DNA from: Ignavibacteriales bacterium
Lineage (GTDB): Bacteria; Bacteroidota; Ignavibacteria; Ignavibacteriales; Melioribacteraceae
NCBI GenBank assembly: GCA_021740915.1
Contig: JAIOYW010000012.1
Coordinates: 128,636 to 160,635, forward strand
Direction of reading: 5' to 3'
DNA: 32,000 nt
Shown: positions 9,432-18,274 of the stretch, in pieces
How positions within the stretch are numbered: position 1 is the stretch's first letter
Layout of the letters: each line of letters opens with the position of its first letter
The notes under the pieces: generated by a model
Seen by the model: the letters and a program-made list of their open reading frames with translations, nothing else
What the model was told of the DNA's origin: nothing
Databases searched by the model: none
Program-made: the position numbers and the translations under genes

Positions 9432-11099
9432 CTACTTTCCATACTGATGATTAAATGAATCCAGATATTCCTGAAATTCTGCTTGAACATTGGTTGCTTT
9501 TAAGCTGCCCTTCCGGAAAAGTACGATGCCTCGAGCATCATCTATAAAAACGCTCTCTTTATTGCCAAGAGCTTTTCCATAAACCCATTTTTCAGTTGAG
9601 CCAATAAGGTAAATCTCCTCCCGCGATGGAGGAAGAGTATCATTTAGCGCATAATGATAAATCAATTGGGGCAGTTCGGTGTGAGTTAAAAAACTGTCAA
9701 TCTGGTGATTTGCATTGATGTGTTCACCAATAAACAACAATGGCACACGATAATTCTCTAAAATTGCAGATTTCGATCTGTCCCCATGGTCAGACACAAT
9801 AACCAGCAATGTGTTTTGCCATAGGTTTTCATTTTTCAGTTTATTTGTCAAATCAAACAAATATTCGTCGTGATATTCGTTCTGACTTTTACCGGTTGTC
9901 GCAATCCATTCAGGAGAGTGTCCATAAACCAACTCATGAAGTATAAAACTCCTTTCATTGTTCTTAATTGTTTCAATTATGGTCGATATTGCAGATTTAT
10001 CCTCCGTTGCTTTTTCCATTTTACTGGAACCAAGAGTCAGCCATTTATCGACCTCCCGAATATCTTTTCTTTCATAAATCTTATCCCAGAAGTTTCTGGT
10101 TGGTACAAATGGCTGATACTCGTAACAACTTATGAACACATTATAAAAGCCTCTGTCTCTGAAATCCTTTGTTAAACTTGGTGCAGAATTCACTTTTTCA
10201 AATAAGCTTTCATCGGCATATGCTCTGTATGGAACCTGCACTGCGGTTATCATCGAAATCAAACTGGTGTATGAATCAAGATTAGTTGTATAATAATTTG
10301 AGAAATAAGCCGAGTGTTTTTTATACTCTTCGTAGAAACCATTCTTTATTGATAAAAAACCCTCTTCAAATGATGCTGCTGTCTCCCCTTCCAACACTAT
10401 AAGTAAGATTTTGTTATAATTGAAATTTTCGTTCCCGGAATACCTAAGTTTCTTTACTTTATTCGCAATTATTGGCTTGCCTTTATCTCGGTTTAATGAA
10501 GACACAACCCGTTTTTTTCCACTGGCAATACTCTCTATACTTTTTTGAATACTATATAGAAATGGTTGCGGTGATGGCTGTTGGATTGTTAATGCTAAAA
10601 CAATTAGGCTAAGAACCGAAATCACAATTTTAAGTTTCTTCTGAATAATGATCTGAAACGGTAAATTATATATCAATATTCCGATAACAAGTGCAATTAG
10701 GGAAGGCATAATTGCACTTAAGCCTAAGTAGTCGGAAAGTAAGGTTTCGGCACTGCTAAAATCCGACTCGAAAATATTGACTGGAAAGACCAGATATTCT
10801 CGTAATAATTTGGGATATAATGCAAATAACATGCCTGTAACAACAATAAGTCCCGGAAACATCTTCTCTGGAAAATTTTTATATTTTCTAACAATCACTG
10901 CATTTGCTAGCTGAAATATTCCTCCAAGCACCGCCAATAAAATTGAATCATGAAGAAAAGCAATGAGTGTTGGAGGCAATAATTTCGGGTCTTTTGCGGC
11001 AAGCAGAAAATAGAAATGTAAAGTCAATTGATAAATGATAAACGCTAAAACCAATTTTGGAAAGGTTTTTCCATCATTTTTTGAAGATTCTTTTTTCAT
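9432..11099 (-). CDS. LtaS/MdoB-like phosphoglycerol- or phosphoethanolamine-transferase (alkaline-phosphatase/sulfatase superfamily) membrane protein
   Basis: The N-terminal third has several hydrophobic helices. The C-terminal soluble domain carries sulfatase-superfamily motifs: ILLIVLEGETAASFEEGF and NTLLVIVSDHGD. The start is uncertain: track 11177, but I prefer ATG 11099 (MKKESSKNDGKTFPKLVLAFIIY). Confidence 0.7.
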   Translation of the reverse strand: MKKESSKNDGKTFPKLVLAFIIYQLTLHFYFLLAAKDPKLLPPTLIAFLHDSILLAVLGGIFQLANAVIVRKYKNFPEKMFPGLIVVTGMLFALYPKLLREYLVFPVNIFESDFSSAETLLSDYLGLSAIMPSLIALVIGILIYNLPFQIIIQKKLKIVISVLSLIVLALTIQQPSPQPFLYSIQKSIESIASGKKRVVSSLNRDKGKPIIANKVKKLRYSGNENFNYNKILLIVLEGETAASFEEGFLSIKNGFYEEYKKHSAYFSNYYTTNLDSYTSLISMITAVQVPYRAYADESLFEKVNSAPSLTKDFRDRGFYNVFISCYEYQPFVPTRNFWDKIYERKDIREVDKWLTLGSSKMEKATEDKSAISTIIETIKNNERSFILHELVYGHSPEWIATTGKSQNEYHDEYLFDLTNKLKNENLWQNTLLVIVSDHGDRSKSAILENYRVPLLFIGEHINANHQIDSFLTHTELPQLIYHYALNDTLPPSREEIYLIGSTEKWVYGKALGNKESVFIDDARGIVLFRKGSLKATNVQAEFQEYLDSFNHQYGK

Positions 11100-11743
11100 A
11101 TTCAAATTTCCATAATAGCGCCGCCCGTATGTTCTATTTTGTTCACGGTTGAACATATATGCCCCAAAGGCGTACAAAACAACTAAATACTATCGGACTA
11201 ATGATTTATTTGCCTGGTGTTGTCTGTTATTCAGAATCAAATTTGTAAAATCTTGGGTGTTATTTGTTATAGTATCGACCAAATTTTTTCTCTTCTATCA
11301 TTAATAATACTAAGATTGTTCAATTTCTTAAATAATTCACTGTTATTAACTTATCTGTAAGAGTTTTCTGAGAGTAATATCTTTATTCTCAGATAATTTA
11401 ATGAACTCCGCTTCAATTTATCTATTTCACCAGTCTCAGATTAACTGTAACCATTTCCCGAATAGTTTCTATTAATGATTTATATAAAGAAGAAAAATGA
11501 GTTTAAAATTAGTGCAATTTTAAGAAACTCTTTACCGCTTACGGAGCAGAGAATTTGTAATCGCTCTGCTATTATATTATAACAGCTATTTCCTCCTCTT
11601 AAAACGTTTATTTTTTGGTTGCCGATTCTTATTATTAATGTGTCGTCCACATTCATCTCCTGCCGGAAAAGTTAGGCACAACACATTGGATTTAGTGCTA
11701 TGCAAGCCTCTATTTTATAAGTAACCAGGCGTTTTTCTTTCTT

Positions 11744-12349
11744 CTATTTAGATATCGATGCGCCGAACGCGTGCCCGATTAGCTTGTTTCCAACAAAAAC
11801 ATCGAATCCAACAATGCTTCTTTTTTGCAATATTTTTTGCATCGACATTTGCTCAGATTCAATTATTTCAATCGGTCTTAAAAATGTTATGGTTCTGAAA
11901 AACCATTTTACTGAGTTATCAACTGCATTCTCAAGAAAGAGCTTAGACATGGAAATAACAATATCAATTGTCGTAAAATTGTTATCTGGGTTATTGTAAA
12001 TTATCGATTCTTTCTCATGGTCAATGTGACAGTGCTTCGTGATATTGCTTTCATCAAATGAATATCTTGTTGAAATCAGACTACTCGTGTTTTCGATAAT
12101 TGATCCGAAAAGCTGATCCTGGTCTTTCTTTAGAACAAAATTAACAACTTCACCTTCAAGTTTTTGTTTATTATCCGTAAGGAAACAAGTCAAATTGTGA
12201 CGGCTTATTTTTTTGATGTTTAGTTCAAAATAATGCCAATTATTATATCCAAGTGTATTCAGGTTCTTAATGATTTGTTTGTAAATGTCTGTTCCGTGAA
12301 CATAATCTCTATCACCCTTATAACTAAACTCCAAATTAATTTCTTTCAT
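11744..12349 (-). CDS. Hypothetical protein, 201 aa, no recognisable motif
   Basis: Intact ORF. Its ATG overlaps the stop of the upstream hexapeptide acyltransferase gene by 4 nt (12346-12349), implying co-translation. I recognise no conserved motif. Confidence 0.55.
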   Translation of the reverse strand: MKEINLEFSYKGDRDYVHGTDIYKQIIKNLNTLGYNNWHYFELNIKKISRHNLTCFLTDNKQKLEGEVVNFVLKKDQDQLFGSIIENTSSLISTRYSFDESNITKHCHIDHEKESIIYNNPDNNFTTIDIVISMSKLFLENAVDNSVKWFFRTITFLRPIEIIESEQMSMQKILQKRSIVGFDVFVGNKLIGHAFGASISK

Positions 12350-13224
12350 TGTCTGAGTTTCACCTGATGTTTAATGTTTTTTTTATGATCAATTGCAAAA
12401 TTACCTGAAACAATTTCCTGTGAATTTACATCCTTAATAACTACGCTCCCCAAAAGAACTTTTGCCTTATCTTCAATCCTTATACCGTCAGAAATCATTG
12501 CTCCTCCACCTATCCAGACATCATCGCCTAATATGCAATTTCCAGCAATAGCAGAATTACCGGAAAGCAGAGTCCTGCTTCCGACTTTACTTCCATGACC
12601 AATAACAACATTGGTGCTGATTACAGAATCATTTCCGATTGAAGTATAAAAAGCCTGATAAGGTTTTTGTATGATAGCGCCGGTTAATATTCTTGTTCTA
12701 TCTCCAATAATAACTCCGCCTGCATATTCCAGATGAAATAATTGTCCATCTATTATTGTCCTTTGCATACTTTTTGATCCAATAACAGCAAATGGTTCTA
12801 TTTCACAATCATCGCCGATAATTGTGTTTGATTCAATAATGACAAAATCATTAATAACAACGTTTTTGCCAATAATTACATTGTCACCAATTCTTGAGGT
12901 TGATGAAATTCTCACTGTTTCATCAATATGACTTCCATTCAGGGGAGGCATATGTTTTTCTTTAATCATAAAGTTATGCAACATGTAAAAGTCTTTTTGC
13001 GGATTTTCACTTACAATTACACCTTTTGATTCGATCACCTTTTCAAAAAGTTCTTTCGTGGTTATTACCGTTGAAATACTCGTTGTTTTATTTATAACAT
13101 TAAGTGTGGCAGGTTCATTTGCATAAGCAATAGTGCTTTTCAGTTCCTGACCTTTGGCATAAGTAGATAAGAAATCATTCTCTCTAATTATTTGTTCTCT
13201 TTTAAAAAAAAGAATGGGATGCAT
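12346..13224 (-). CDS. Left-handed beta-helix (hexapeptide-repeat) acyltransferase, LpxD-like architecture
   Basis: The C-terminal two thirds are imperfect hexapeptide repeats: IGDNVIIGKNVVINDFVIIESNTIIGDDCEIEPFAVIG...IGNDSVISTNVVIGHGSKVGSRTLLSGNSAIAGNCILGDDVWIGGGAMISDGIRIED. A non-repeat N-domain precedes them, as in LpxD-type enzymes. Substrate unknown. Confidence 0.7.
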   Translation of the reverse strand: MHPILFFKREQIIRENDFLSTYAKGQELKSTIAYANEPATLNVINKTTSISTVITTKELFEKVIESKGVIVSENPQKDFYMLHNFMIKEKHMPPLNGSHIDETVRISSTSRIGDNVIIGKNVVINDFVIIESNTIIGDDCEIEPFAVIGSKSMQRTIIDGQLFHLEYAGGVIIGDRTRILTGAIIQKPYQAFYTSIGNDSVISTNVVIGHGSKVGSRTLLSGNSAIAGNCILGDDVWIGGGAMISDGIRIEDKAKVLLGSVVIKDVNSQEIVSGNFAIDHKKNIKHQVKLRQ

Positions 13225-13640
13225 AAAATTATTTCATAATGCGAGTAATTTTTTGATTATAATATTCTGTTCTTTGGGCTATGTAATTAACCCGGACGGA
13301 CTTTTTTAAATACTGAGACAATTTAGCCTGAAAAATTTCAACTTTCAATTGTATCCCACAAATATTAACGGCAGCGTTCCCTTGTGTGAATTTGTCGCTC
13401 TTGAAAAGAAAGGAGAATAGTAACGAACTTTCCATTAAATCTATTCATTCTTAATGTGGACATTTTCGGAAATGATTTTTAAGAACGGAATAAATTTTAT
13501 GGACTTTGAAAAATAAGCTAAAGATTGATAATTATTCATAACAAATGATAAAAAAATAACCAATATCCGTAATTAAACGGGAGGATTAGCCCTGCATGAG
13601 GCAGACAGCCGCGAATGCATCAATAGCGGAAATGTGATTT

Positions 13641-13674
13641 TGTTTAAAATAAACAAGGGGACCGAAGTCCCCTT
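13641..13674 (-). terminator. Strong GC hairpin with UUCG loop and U-rich tail (reads as an intrinsic terminator on the minus strand)
   Basis: Plus strand: aaggggac (13655-13662), cgaa, gtcccctt (13667-13674), a perfect 8-bp stem. On the minus strand the loop is UUCG and the hairpin is followed by GUUUAUUUUAAAC. No protein gene ends here, so it would terminate a small RNA or a leader transcript. Confidence 0.35.
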
Positions 13675-13858
13675 GAAATAGCCTTTCCATCTGTGGGCGG
13701 AATGGTTAATAAGGAATTGTGCAATTTACTTGTCCAGTTTAGACAGAACTCGAGCTGATTACTGATGGCAGCAGCCGGATGCAAAAAAACCTTAATTTCA
13801 AGATCAACGGCTTCGTGTGTTTGAAAAGTTTATTTTTCGATTTGTTAATTCCTCAAAG

Positions 13859-13878
13859 TGGGAAAACTTGGGAAAACT
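13859..13878. repeat. Perfect tandem duplication gggaaaactt x2, 30 nt upstream of the first gene of the large cluster
   Basis: Read directly: gtg GGGAAAACTT GGGAAAACTT cttcatg, then the ATG of the first permease at 13909. Function unknown; a possible operator or promoter element. Confidence 0.5.
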
Positions 13879-13908
13879 TCTTCATGTCGAATTTTGAAAC
13901 ATAAATAA

Positions 13909-14778
13909 ATGATAATTCAAATACTAATAAACAGTTTAATCAATGGATTACTACTCGCACTGGTTGCGTTAGGATTCCATATTATTTTTTCAGCCACAAA
14001 AATCTTTCATATTGCACACGGAGGAATTTTTGTTGCAGGAGTTTATTTCTTCTTGTGGGCAAATCCATTTGTGGGATTGGCATACGGAATAATCCTAACA
14101 ATTGTTTTCGCTTTTTTACTGGGAGTTATTATTGAATGGTTGGTTTATAAACCGCTCTTTAATAAATCAGGCAGCGAAAATATTGCTCTGATAAGTTCTC
14201 TCGGAGTTTACGTCATAATAATTAATATTATTGCATTACTTTTTGGCAATGAGACCAAAATCCTCGACAACAGTATCCGTAAAAGTTTAACTTTGGGTGA
14301 AATCATCATCACCAAACCTCAATTGTGGCAATTCTCTTTCTCACTCCCTCTAATCGCTTTGTTTTTGATGTTCATTAAAGTTACCAGATACGGACTGAAA
14401 ATAAGAGCCATCTCCGACAACCCCCTTTTAGCAAGAGTAATGGGAATTAATACTCAGAGAATCCGTTACATCGTTTTTGGGATAGGTTCTGTAATGTCGG
14501 TTTCTGCTGCACTTTTAAAGGGATTCGATACAGGTATTGACCCCTATTCTGGAATGGCAATTACACTTAGTGCTGCGGTGGTGGTAATTATTGGCGGGAC
14601 AGATTCTTTGTATGGCACAATATTCGCCTCGATAATGCTTGCAATAATTCAGAATTTTACGGAGTTCTTTCTCTCAGCCCAATGGAGAGATACAGTCACC
14701 TTTACAATTCTTATCCTCGTGATGTTGTGGCGCACCGAAGGTATCTTACAATTCCGCCTAAGAGTTGATGAGAAATGA
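13909..14778 (+). CDS. HAAT-family (branched-chain amino acid type) ABC transporter permease, LivH-like
   Basis: Polytopic 289-aa protein with the LivH-type segment LKIRAISDNPLLARVMGINTQRIRYIVFGIGSVMSVSAALL and the C-terminal GGTDSLYGTIFASIMLAIIQ. Confidence 0.85.
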   Translation: MIIQILINSLINGLLLALVALGFHIIFSATKIFHIAHGGIFVAGVYFFLWANPFVGLAYGIILTIVFAFLLGVIIEWLVYKPLFNKSGSENIALISSLGVYVIIINIIALLFGNETKILDNSIRKSLTLGEIIITKPQLWQFSFSLPLIALFLMFIKVTRYGLKIRAISDNPLLARVMGINTQRIRYIVFGIGSVMSVSAALLKGFDTGIDPYSGMAITLSAAVVVIIGGTDSLYGTIFASIMLAIIQNFTEFFLSAQWRDTVTFTILILVMLWRTEGILQFRLRVDEK

Positions 14779-15650
14779 ACTATGTCATTAACATATTAAT
14801 AATTCTACAGATTTACATCATACTGGCTTTGTCCCTGAATCTAAAAACAGGTTTTACCGGATTACTTTCATTATGCCAGGCAGCTTTCTATGGCACTGGC
14901 GCATACCTTACCTCCATATTAATGGTTGACATAGGTCTGAACTTTTTTACGGCTCTGTTTTTTGCGATTATTATTAACATTACTCTGAATGCCTCTATTA
15001 CCACCTGGTCTGCCGGCAGGTTGAGGAATCTTTACTTTACACTTGGGACCATAGCATTACAAATCGTATTTTTTGGAGTGATCTATAATTGGCAAGCTCT
15101 CACACGTGGTCCTTTCGGAATACCGGGAATTCCAAAACCCGAATTAGCAGGATTGATTTTTAATACCCCATTGAAGTTTTTTATTTTGACATTGTTTTTT
15201 ACTGCCTCCGCTATTTTGTTCTTTTACTGGTTCGCTAAAACACCATTATGTAAATTACTGGAATGTACACGGGATGATGAAGTCTGGCTTACTGTTTTAG
15301 GCAAACGCCCTGCCTATTACAAATTCGTTAGCATTTCCATTACAGTGGTGTTTGCCACCATTGCAGGGGCACTGTATGCAACTTTCACGAGCTACATCGA
15401 CCCTACGAGCTTCACATTGGATGAAAGTATTCTTGTCCTTACTATTATTCTTGTTGGCGGCACAGGTAATATCATGGGTCCCGTTTCCGGTGCATTGATC
15501 TATGTGCTGTTGCCCGAGGCGCTTCGCTTTGTCAACATGCCAGATTCTATTGCTGCCAATGCCCGAATGATTATCTATGCACTTATTCTGATTTTTATTG
15601 TCCGGTTAAAGCCCAACGGCTTATTTGGTAAATTTGAAATTCGCGGATAA
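14775..15650 (+). CDS. HAAT-family ABC transporter permease, LivM-like
   Basis: LSLCQAAFYGTGAYLTSIL, CTRDDEVWLTVLGKRPAYYKFVSISITVVFATIAGALYA and LVGGTGNIMGPVSGA match LivM-type permeases. 4-nt overlap with the upstream gene. Confidence 0.85.
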   Translation: MNYVINILIILQIYIILALSLNLKTGFTGLLSLCQAAFYGTGAYLTSILMVDIGLNFFTALFFAIIINITLNASITTWSAGRLRNLYFTLGTIALQIVFFGVIYNWQALTRGPFGIPGIPKPELAGLIFNTPLKFFILTLFFTASAILFFYWFAKTPLCKLLECTRDDEVWLTVLGKRPAYYKFVSISITVVFATIAGALYATFTSYIDPTSFTLDESILVLTIILVGGTGNIMGPVSGALIYVLLPEALRFVNMPDSIAANARMIIYALILIFIVRLKPNGLFGKFEIRG

Positions 15651-16375
15651 TGGAAGAACTATTAATCATAAGAGACTTAAACAAACACTATGATGGCATA
15701 ATTGCCGTGGATAAGGTCAATTTCACCATAATGCCGGGTACCATTACAGGTATTTATGGTGATAACGGCGCTGGCAAGACTACGTTATTCAACATTATCA
15801 GCGGTTTTGAAAAGGCTGATATGGGCAATGTTGTATTTGAAGGAGAAGATATCACTCGAAAAAGTGTTATTTACAGATCAAGAAAAGGTATCGGAAGGTT
15901 ATTCCAGATACCCCGTATTTTCAGTGATGTTTCGGTGCTAGATAATTTACTGGCTGCAGGGAACAACCATGAAGCAAAATATTTGCACAACTACGTGCTC
16001 AAACCCGCTGCTATCCGGCAAAATATATTAAAGGATCGCGATAAAGCAAAAAATATACTTAAAGAATTTAATTTGACCAGCAAGGCCGGATTAAAGGCTT
16101 TTGAACTTAGTGTTGGTGAAAAAAGGCTGCTATCGCTATGTTCACTCTTAATGAATGAGGCAAAGTTATTATTGTTAGACGAACCTTTCGCCGGGATAAA
16201 TGAAATTGCCGCACTGCAGATACAAAATTATCTTATTTCCTTAAAAAGCAGAGGCATGACATTAGTGATGATTGAACATGACAAAACGAAACTGTTTGAA
16301 TTAGCTGATTCTGTTTATGAGATGAAACAAGGAAGTCTATTGAAAAAAACGAGCACAAGTCATGCAAATTACTAA
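15650..16375 (+). CDS. ABC transporter ATP-binding protein, LivG-like
   Basis: Walker A GDNGAGKTTLFNIISG, Q-loop GIGRLFQ, signature LSVGEKRLLSL, Walker B LLLLDEPFAG, H-loop MIEHD. The start overlaps the upstream stop by 1 nt. Confidence 0.85.
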   Translation: MEELLIIRDLNKHYDGIIAVDKVNFTIMPGTITGIYGDNGAGKTTLFNIISGFEKADMGNVVFEGEDITRKSVIYRSRKGIGRLFQIPRIFSDVSVLDNLLAAGNNHEAKYLHNYVLKPAAIRQNILKDRDKAKNILKEFNLTSKAGLKAFELSVGEKRLLSLCSLLMNEAKLLLLDEPFAGINEIAALQIQNYLISLKSRGMTLVMIEHDKTKLFELADSVYEMKQGSLLKKTSTSHANY

Positions 16376-17144
16376 GTCAAATATAGTTTTAGAAATCCAA
16401 AACCTCTCCTGTGGCTATGGAGGTAAACCGGTGGTTGAAAATTTTAGCCTGCAGGTGGAGAAAGGAGATTGCATAGCTATTACTGGTCCAAACGGTTCCG
16501 GTAAGAGTACTTTGTTAAAAGCTATTTATCAGCTCTGCGTTATTAATTCAGGCAAAATAATTTATAAAGGGCAATCTCTGAATGGCAGAACTGCTGAACA
16601 GGTGAAGAAAATGGGGATTTCCTACTTCATGCAGAAGAATGCTATTTTTAATAAGTTATCTGTAAAAGAAAATCTTGAAATTGCATATCCCGAAAATATT
16701 CTGGATAATTTGTTTAAGGAAGAATCAACTTTTACAAATAGCGCAGTTTCAAAGTTTAAACTTTTTTTCTTTAGGTTTTATTCGAAAATCCTTTTTTTTA
16801 ATCTTCGAGTTGACCTGAGTAGGCGAGTCAAAAAATACGTTGAAATACTTTGGACATTCTCAGATTTTTATAAATGGACAGACACTAAGAAAGCAGGCTT
16901 GCTAAGTGTCGGGCAACGTCAGCAATTAGCTCTTGCTATGCTTTATGCTCAGGAAGCAGATCTTTGGTTGCTTGATGAACCTACTGCGGGCCTGGATGCA
17001 GATAAATCTGAGATTTTCGTGCAGATGTTATTAAAACACTCATGGAAAACTTCAGATAACCCAAAGACTATTATCTTTGTTGAGCATAAAAATGAAATTA
17101 TAAATAAATTGGCGAATAAAATAATTAATTTTAAGGGTGAATAA
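16362..17144 (+). CDS. ABC transporter ATP-binding protein, LivF-like, with an extra hydrophobic/low-complexity insertion
   Basis: Walker A GPNGSGKSTLLKAIY, signature LSVGQRQQLALA, Walker B LWLLDEPTAGLD, H-loop FVEHK. The spacing between ENLEIA and the signature is about twice what I expect for LivF (see finding). Confidence 0.8.
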   Translation: MQITKSNIVLEIQNLSCGYGGKPVVENFSLQVEKGDCIAITGPNGSGKSTLLKAIYQLCVINSGKIIYKGQSLNGRTAEQVKKMGISYFMQKNAIFNKLSVKENLEIAYPENILDNLFKEESTFTNSAVSKFKLFFFRFYSKILFFNLRVDLSRRVKKYVEILWTFSDFYKWTDTKKAGLLSVGQRQQLALAMLYAQEADLWLLDEPTAGLDADKSEIFVQMLLKHSWKTSDNPKTIIFVEHKNEIINKLANKIINFKGE

Positions 17145-17145
17145 A

Positions 17146-18273
17146 ATGAAAAGAGCAATGAAACACATCGTCCTATTATTTTTTGTACTTTTTTTATTTA
17201 CGGATTGTAATAATGTAAATAAAGGCAAAGAAGTAATAAAAATTGGGGCCACTCTGGACTTTACGGGTCCAAATGCTGTATATGGAATTCAAGTAAAAGA
17301 AGGTATTGACCTTGCAGTGGATTTCATTAACGATACTCTAAAATATGGAAATAATGTTATCGAGGTGGATTATTTAGATTCAAAGAGTAACAGCAAAGAA
17401 GCCATCAACAATGCCAATAGATTTACCAGTATTGATAAGAAGAAATTTATTATTGGGGAAATCTCATCAAATGCAACAAAATCAATGATACCCGTTATTG
17501 AATCAAACAATGCTTTCCTTTTTGCTCCTGCCTCCTCTGGCTCAATACTTGCCGATATTAGTAATAATTTTGCAAGAAATTGGCCATCTGATGATATCGA
17601 GGCTGGTTATGCGGCGAAATTTGCATTAAATAATTTTAAAAGTAATAATCCCATTATTATATACGTAAATAGTTATTATGGTATCGGTTTGAAGGATAAA
17701 TTTAAGAATGTTTATATGCAGAATGGAAAACAAATTATGGACACATTGTCCTTTGAGGTTGATCAAACTGATTTTAAGTCTTTGATTTCGAAAGTTAAAG
17801 AAAAAAATCCTGATTGCATTTATTTAGCAGGAAATCCAAAAGAAATGGGAAGATTTATGAAACAATTATCTGAACAAAATTATAGGAACAATATTGTTTC
17901 CAATACGGGATTTTTACAAACTGATTGCCTTGGTATTGCGGGCATAGCGGCAAATGGAGTAGTAGTCCCAACCCCAAAATCATCTGATTTAAATCTAAAA
18001 TTGAATTCCGTAAAACGTTTTCAAAAAATGTTTTATAACACTTATAAAAAGGAGCCTACTCTTGTAAATGCAAATTCTTTTGATGCCATAATATTGATAT
18101 ATGACGCCATACAAAAAGTAGGTCAGGATGCTATTAAAGTAGCTAGGGACATTCGCAACAAAAAGGGATTTGAGGGAGCTTCGGGAATTTCCAACTTTTC
18201 AGATGGAGAAATTGAGCTGGAGATTATGTATGTCAGAATAGAAAATCAAAAACCAGTTGAAATAACGGAATAG
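17146..18273 (+). CDS. Periplasmic/lipoprotein amino-acid-binding protein (Peripla_BP_6, LivK-like)
   Basis: The track ORF starts at GTG 17137. The ATG at 17146 follows AAGGG. Signal plus lipobox: MKRAMKHIVLLFFVLFLFTDC. Family pattern: IKIGATLDFTGPNAVYGIQVKEGIDLAVDFIN. Confidence 0.8.
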   Translation: MKRAMKHIVLLFFVLFLFTDCNNVNKGKEVIKIGATLDFTGPNAVYGIQVKEGIDLAVDFINDTLKYGNNVIEVDYLDSKSNSKEAINNANRFTSIDKKKFIIGEISSNATKSMIPVIESNNAFLFAPASSGSILADISNNFARNWPSDDIEAGYAAKFALNNFKSNNPIIIYVNSYYGIGLKDKFKNVYMQNGKQIMDTLSFEVDQTDFKSLISKVKEKNPDCIYLAGNPKEMGRFMKQLSEQNYRNNIVSNTGFLQTDCLGIAGIAANGVVVPTPKSSDLNLKLNSVKRFQKMFYNTYKKEPTLVNANSFDAIILIYDAIQKVGQDAIKVARDIRNKKGFEGASGISNFSDGEIELEIMYVRIENQKPVEITE

Positions 18274-18274
18274 T

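Noticed and set aside
11360-11575. Short inverted repeats in the 566-bp spacer (tctgaga/tctcaga at 11367-11393; agcagag/ctctgct at 11547-11572) as mobile-element ends or att sites
   Set aside because: They are 7-bp stems of the size expected by chance in AT-rich DNA. No transposase or integrase lies nearby, no matching copy exists elsewhere in the window, and no adjacent T-run is present.
13229-13435. 68-aa minus-strand ORF ending 5 nt upstream of the hexapeptide acyltransferase start
   Set aside because: Its position would fit a co-transcribed small gene. However, the sequence has no motif, no convincing ribosome-binding site that I can see, and a composition typical of intergenic AT-rich DNA. 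It is too weak to call as a feature.
13560-13908. T-box leader or amino-acid riboswitch controlling the importer/aaRS cluster
   Set aside because: A T-box would be logical upstream of an aaRS-containing operon. However, I find no AGGGUGGNACCGCG-like T-box sequence. I also find no glycine (CACCGAAGGGGC in an internal loop), glutamine or lysine riboswitch core. The strong hairpin has its U-tract on the minus strand, not the plus strand.
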